DNA of 64,000 nucleotides from an uncultured delta proteobacterium (GTDB lineage Bacteria; Myxococcota_A; Polyangia; Polyangiales; Polyangiaceae): NCBI GenBank assembly GCA_963806225.1, contig CAWDXG010000004.1, positions 4,704,001 to 4,768,000 of the forward strand, read 5' to 3'. Shown piece by piece: positions 59,601 to 64,000 of this stretch (position 1 is its first letter; each line of letters starts with the position of its first letter). The notes under the pieces were generated by a model. It saw only the letters and a program-made list of their open reading frames with translations, ran no database searches and was not told where the DNA came from. The position numbers and the translations under genes were made by a program.

Positions 59601-60143
59601 TCACGGTGCAGCGCGTACGCACTTGCCGCTTTTGTATTTGCAGTAGCCGTATCGAGTGCAGCGCCACGATCCGGCACAATCCGCGTCGGAAGCGATGACG
59701 CACGTGCCGTCGCGGAACGAGCATTGGCCGCCGCGACGGCAGATCCCGGATTGCCTGCAGTCCGCGGCGGATCCGACGACGCATGCGCTCCCGCGCTTCG
59801 TGCATTCGGCATATTCGCGGCAGCGAGCGCTATTGCAGGAGCTGCCCGCCGGCACCACGCATCGACCGTCCTTGGCCACGCACCAACCCGACTGCGCGCA
59901 GACCGACGCCTTCTTGCAGTCCTCGTCGGAGGTGGCCGTGCAGTTGCCAAGCGTGCCGGTACAGCGCCCGAACGCCTTGCACTCCGCTTCGCTAGCTCGA
60001 CACATCTGCTTGCCCGCCGTCGAGGATGCGCTCGCGGCCGCACCGCTGCCCGCGTGGGGCGGCTTGTTGCAGCCGAGCGAGGCCGCGATGGCAAGCGCGA
60101 GTACGGCTCGGTACCCGACTACCCCGTCGGTACCACGCGGCAT
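59601..60143 (-). CDS. Cys-rich repeat lipoprotein
   Basis: SLGC lipobox; ~5 repeats of SxxDCxxSxxCxxxGxCxxxxGxCV. Confidence 0.85.
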   Translation of the reverse strand: MPRGTDGVVGYRAVLALAIAASLGCNKPPHAGSGAAASASSTAGKQMCRASEAECKAFGRCTGTLGNCTATSDEDCKKASVCAQSGWCVAKDGRCVVPAGSSCNSARCREYAECTKRGSACVVGSAADCRQSGICRRGGQCSFRDGTCVIASDADCAGSWRCTRYGYCKYKSGKCVRAAP

Positions 60144-60393
60144 CTGCTGATGAAGCCGCTCGCTCCCTGAAGCGGCGGGCGGCGCGGAGGGGTGATGGGA
60201 TGCCCCTCGTTCTGCGCGGCGCCGTGCCGTTGCGGCGGCTCGCAACGCTCGCGCGCCGCGGGCCCGCCAAGGCCGGGCTCCGCCCGGCCGGGGGCCCCAC
60301 GGAGTGGTGCATCGTGCTGGCGCCCGCCGCCGGCCCGTCGATGCAGCGCCTGTCGCCTTCAAGTGCGGGCGCGAGTCCGCTAGCGTGGCCGGC

Positions 60394-61452
60394 ATGACGC
60401 CCGGGCTTCACGAGCTGGAGTGCAACAACTGCGGCGCGCCCATCAACCCGCCTGCCGAGTCGACGGTGGTGCGCTGCGACCACTGCGGACAGCCGCACAT
60501 GTGGGTGGCGCCGCAGTCGAGTGGCGAACAGGGCCGATGGATGGTGCAGCAGGCGCCCGCCGGCAGGGGCGGCGCGCTCAAGTGGCTGCTGCTCGGCGGC
60601 GCGGTGCTGGTGGCGCTGGCCGCGGCGGGCGTGGTCGCCGGCATCTTGATGTGGTCGAAGGGTGCGCGCGGCGGGAGCGGAGAGGCGCCCGTCACCGCGG
60701 ACACGCCGCTGACGATCGGCGACGACGTGACGGTGCACACCACGAAAAACCACTCCTGCCAGAGCTACGTCGCGGCGCTGCTCGGGGACGGCCGCGTGCG
60801 CGTGGCCGACTGCGGCGGGGGCGACAGCCCGCTGTCCGCGGCGCGCTCGCTCTTGACGCTCGACACCTACTCGTTCCGCAAGCCCGCCGTGGACGACGTC
60901 GTACTTTGGAGGGTCGCCGGCAGATGGCAACGCTTCGTGGTGGTGGGGCTGGACGCGGGCGGCCACGTGCGCGTGGAACCGCTGCTCGGTGGCAACGGCG
61001 AGAGCGTGGATCCCAAGGCGCTGCGCGTGGTGTGGCGCCACGACGGCAGCAGCGCGGGGTTCCGGTGGGTGCCGCCACCCGCCGGCGCGGCGTTCGCAGT
61101 CGGCGACGTGGTCGGCTATCGCGACGCGGGGGTCATCAAGAGCGGCAAGGTGACGCGCATCGACGGCGCCCGGCTCGAGCTTCTGCCCGGCTACCTCGAT
61201 CACGGCACGTTCGCGCCGGAAAAGGACGCGACGCCCACGCGGCGCGCACAGAACACGCTGCTGCTGCAGCTGGCCTCGCCGTCTTCACCCCCCGGGCCCT
61301 GGCAGACGCTGCTGGTGCAGAAGGAGGGCAAGTGGCAGCGGGTCAAGCTGGCAAGCACCGACGAGCACGGACGCTGGGGGGTGCAGGACAGCGACGGACA
61401 CCAGCGGGTGGTGTGGGGAGGACACGCCCTCGAGCTCCCGCACGCCAGGTGA
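60394..61452 (+). CDS. Zinc-ribbon + TM + repeated small beta-barrel-like domains
   Basis: CNNCGA...CDHCG, one TM, repeated (V/I)GDxV...RV units. Confidence 0.75.
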   Translation: MTPGLHELECNNCGAPINPPAESTVVRCDHCGQPHMWVAPQSSGEQGRWMVQQAPAGRGGALKWLLLGGAVLVALAAAGVVAGILMWSKGARGGSGEAPVTADTPLTIGDDVTVHTTKNHSCQSYVAALLGDGRVRVADCGGGDSPLSAARSLLTLDTYSFRKPAVDDVVLWRVAGRWQRFVVVGLDAGGHVRVEPLLGGNGESVDPKALRVVWRHDGSSAGFRWVPPPAGAAFAVGDVVGYRDAGVIKSGKVTRIDGARLELLPGYLDHGTFAPEKDATPTRRAQNTLLLQLASPSSPPGPWQTLLVQKEGKWQRVKLASTDEHGRWGVQDSDGHQRVVWGGHALELPHAR

Positions 61453-61658
61453 ACGGCGTTGCTGCGCCGGCCGCAGAAGGTGGCGCCAAGCACCCAGCTC
61501 TGCGGGAGGCGCGCTTTCGTGGCGGCGGGGCGCACCGGATGACCGTCATCATGGGTGCGAGCCCCGCGTCGGACCTGGGTGCGGCAGCTCGGGCCAGACA
61601 CCTGCATCGCCTCGAGCGGCAGTGTGGACAAACGCTGCCGAAGCCTTAGCCTTCCGGC

Positions 61659-64000
61659 ATGGGCCGCTCGCTGGGATGGGTGTGCGCTTTTGCCGTCGTG
61701 GCTCTGCTGGGCTGCGGCGGAAATCCGGATGTGAAACACACGAGCGGCGACGAGTACGACGCGAAGCTGTTTCCGACTACGCACGTGCTCGACGCCGACG
61801 CCATGCAGGCGCTGTCCGCCTACGACGAGGACGGCACGCTGCATTTTTCCGGAACTCCGCCCGTGCTGGAGGGGATCCAGCCGCCGGAAGTCGTGATCGG
61901 CGGCGTCTCGCCGGCATCTCCGGGTGGCTTCCTGCGCTTCGTCACGTCCACTGGCTCGGACGCGGGCGGGCTCGTGCTGCACACGGCGCAGGCGCCGATC
62001 CAGATGGCGTTCCAGAAGCTGCACGTCAAGTTCACGCGCCACATTGCCGACCTCGGTGCGCCGGACGTGGCCTGGAACTGGGCGCCCCAGCGCGTGCTGG
62101 CCAACAACTCGAAGTGGCAGTCGAAGCATTTCGATTTCTTCGCCCAGAACGGCGATGGGGATCCGACGACGACCGACGACCAGGTCCACGCCGTCGGCGA
62201 TCTGTCGGGGGGCTTCGACTACACGTTCGGCATCGACGTGGACTGGGGCGACGTCTTCGGTCTTCCCGGCGCACTGAAGGACTGCGCCAAGAGTCTCTTC
62301 ACAAGCTGCTCGGTGCAGGACCTGCTGCCCGAGGTCATCGTCGGCTACGGGGTCTCGGCGGGCGCGGATGCCTCGATGCATATGCAGGGCGTCGCCTTCC
62401 TGCCCTACGAGGCGCCCTACACGATCGGCGTGGCCGAGCTCGACGCGCTCAAGATCGGCCCGCTGTGGTTTTTCCCCACCGTCGAGGTGAAGGCCACGCT
62501 CTCGGGCAATGCGACGAGTCAGTTCTCCTTCGACCTGGGCGCGCACGCGAGTGCCGGAATGGGGGTCACGTTCTCGAGTAAGCACGGCCCCAACGTCGAG
62601 CCGCCCCACGCGGATTTCCACTTCGACTCCGCCAACGTCGACGCGACGCTCCAGGCGGGCGGCCGCGTCGACGTCGGACCGGAGCTGCACCTCAGGCTGT
62701 ACAAGATCGCGGGACCGTACGCCGGGTTGTCCGCGTTTGCGGATCTGTCGGCCGACCAGACCCGCACGCCCTGCTACGAGCTGCACGCCGGCGTCAGCGC
62801 CAATTTCGGCTTCGACATCCAGTCGCCCGATCTGCCGCTACTCGGCCACGTCACGCTCGCGGACTGGAAGAAGAAGTACGATCTCTTCAGCCAGCTCGCG
62901 GACTCGGGCGCGTGCAAGCCGCTGCCCGGCGGCAGCGGGCCGTCGCCGACCGGAGGCGACCCCGACGCGGCCGCATTTGCCAACCCGACGTTCACCCCAT
63001 GGTCGAAGACCTATGCGGGGGCCGTGGCTCAGCACCCCTATCTGGGGCCGGGCGGGCAGATCGCGTGGGTCGACGCGACGCCCACCATCGACGGGCGCTT
63101 CGTGCTGTCCGGTTCGAGCAACAAGGCCCTGGTCAAGCTCGATCCCGACGGCAAGGTCGTGTGGTCGAAGCGCTATCTCGGACCGGTTTCGTTCTACAAC
63201 GACACGCTGACGCCGGAGCTGCTCGTTTCCAACGTGCTGAACCTTCCAGACGGAACAATGCTGGCGGTCGCGCATCCGTACACGCTGATGAAGCTGGAAG
63301 CCGACGGCAGCGTGCTGTGGGCCGAGCAGTTCGGCGTCGTCTATCGCGACTCGACGATGCGCCTGACGAGCGTGGCGCCCGCGCCCGACGGCGGGTTCTT
63401 CGTCGGAGGAACCGCCGGAGAAAACCGCATCTACGCGCAGAAGGTCGACGCCTGGCTGATGCGCCTCGACAAGAGCGGCAAGGTGCTGTGGTCGAAGCGC
63501 TGGGGCAACGCGACCGACGGCGAGACGCTCCGCACCGTGCTGGCGTGGCAGGACGGTGTGGTCGCGGGCGGCGCGACCTGGGTCGACTCGCTCAGCCGCT
63601 GGCGCGCCTGGACCACGCGCTTCGACGGCGACGGCAACCAGCTCTGGTCGAAGACCTACGACGCCCGCAAGTGCGGCTCCACCTACGAGGCTTCAGCCTT
63701 CGTGACCAGCGGGCTCGTCGCGAAGGACGGCGACGCGGTCCTGGCCGGCACCATCGAGGAAGCGCACGACTACACGCTCGTGTTCAAGATGAAGCCCGAC
63801 GGGACGCTCGCGTGGTCCGCGTCGGGCGGGTCTAGCCGGGACGTGGATACGGGGACCAGCGTCGTGCGCATCACCGAGCTGCCGACCAGCGGCTATCTTC
63901 TCAGCGGTACGCTCGGCTATTCGGAAAACGGCACCTACAGCGACGATCAGCAGGACCTGTTCCTCGGCGCCACCGATTCGGTCGGGCACATGCTGTGGCT
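61659..64000 (+). CDS. Large lipoprotein with C-terminal beta-propeller, partial (runs off the right edge)
   Basis: MGRSLGWVCAFAVVALLGC; the same frame is coding at the window end; blades KLDPDGKVVWSKRY, RLDKSGKVLWSKRW. Confidence 0.85.
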   Translation, partial: MGRSLGWVCAFAVVALLGCGGNPDVKHTSGDEYDAKLFPTTHVLDADAMQALSAYDEDGTLHFSGTPPVLEGIQPPEVVIGGVSPASPGGFLRFVTSTGSDAGGLVLHTAQAPIQMAFQKLHVKFTRHIADLGAPDVAWNWAPQRVLANNSKWQSKHFDFFAQNGDGDPTTTDDQVHAVGDLSGGFDYTFGIDVDWGDVFGLPGALKDCAKSLFTSCSVQDLLPEVIVGYGVSAGADASMHMQGVAFLPYEAPYTIGVAELDALKIGPLWFFPTVEVKATLSGNATSQFSFDLGAHASAGMGVTFSSKHGPNVEPPHADFHFDSANVDATLQAGGRVDVGPELHLRLYKIAGPYAGLSAFADLSADQTRTPCYELHAGVSANFGFDIQSPDLPLLGHVTLADWKKKYDLFSQLADSGACKPLPGGSGPSPTGGDPDAAAFANPTFTPWSKTYAGAVAQHPYLGPGGQIAWVDATPTIDGRFVLSGSSNKALVKLDPDGKVVWSKRYLGPVSFYNDTLTPELLVSNVLNLPDGTMLAVAHPYTLMKLEADGSVLWAEQFGVVYRDSTMRLTSVAPAPDGGFFVGGTAGENRIYAQKVDAWLMRLDKSGKVLWSKRWGNATDGETLRTVLAWQDGVVAGGATWVDSLSRWRAWTTRFDGDGNQLWSKTYDARKCGSTYEASAFVTSGLVAKDGDAVLAGTIEEAHDYTLVFKMKPDGTLAWSASGGSSRDVDTGTSVVRITELPTSGYLLSGTLGYSENGTYSDDQQDLFLGATDSVGHMLW

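Overview
High-GC chromosomal segment whose gene content (TIGR02266-type PilZ protein, many Cys-rich/Gly-linker lipoproteins, MopE-type repeats, an HNH protein) suggests a Myxococcota, probably Polyangiales, genome; this is inference, with no search run. About 55 real CDS are recognisable and most long ORFs in the track are antisense shadows. Several genes carry single-base frameshifts, most likely long-read errors. I saw no rRNA, tRNA, cas gene or transposase. Main candidates for undescribed systems: (1) 14342-21499, isolated complex-I membrane-subunit paralogues (NuoH-, NuoL-, NuoM-like) that each gained a soluble domain and lost key proton-pumping residues, followed by a PilZ gene; (2) 38846-41089, a B12-dependent radical SAM enzyme fused to an internal lipoprotein-like signal and repeated TVYDALPYD cores, possibly its own substrate; (3) 41332-48925, a LysR gene and LysR box in front of a MopE-repeat lipoprotein and a 1623-aa lipoprotein with a TcA-toxin-like C-terminus; (4) 12141-14247, a 2.1-kb non-coding double array (30 ordered 51/31-bp hairpin units facing 39 copies of a 17-mer that shares the same core in inverted orientation) around a spacer with an XerD-like half-site; (5) 32551-35185, a PNPOx-GAF-wHTH regulator with a PNPOx partner and a divergent hemerythrin-like gene. 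Also present: gshB/ggt beside a SigR/SigH-type sigma and ZAS anti-sigma with an exact GGAAT-N18-GTT promoter, and a single-gene cassette between 44-bp direct repeats.
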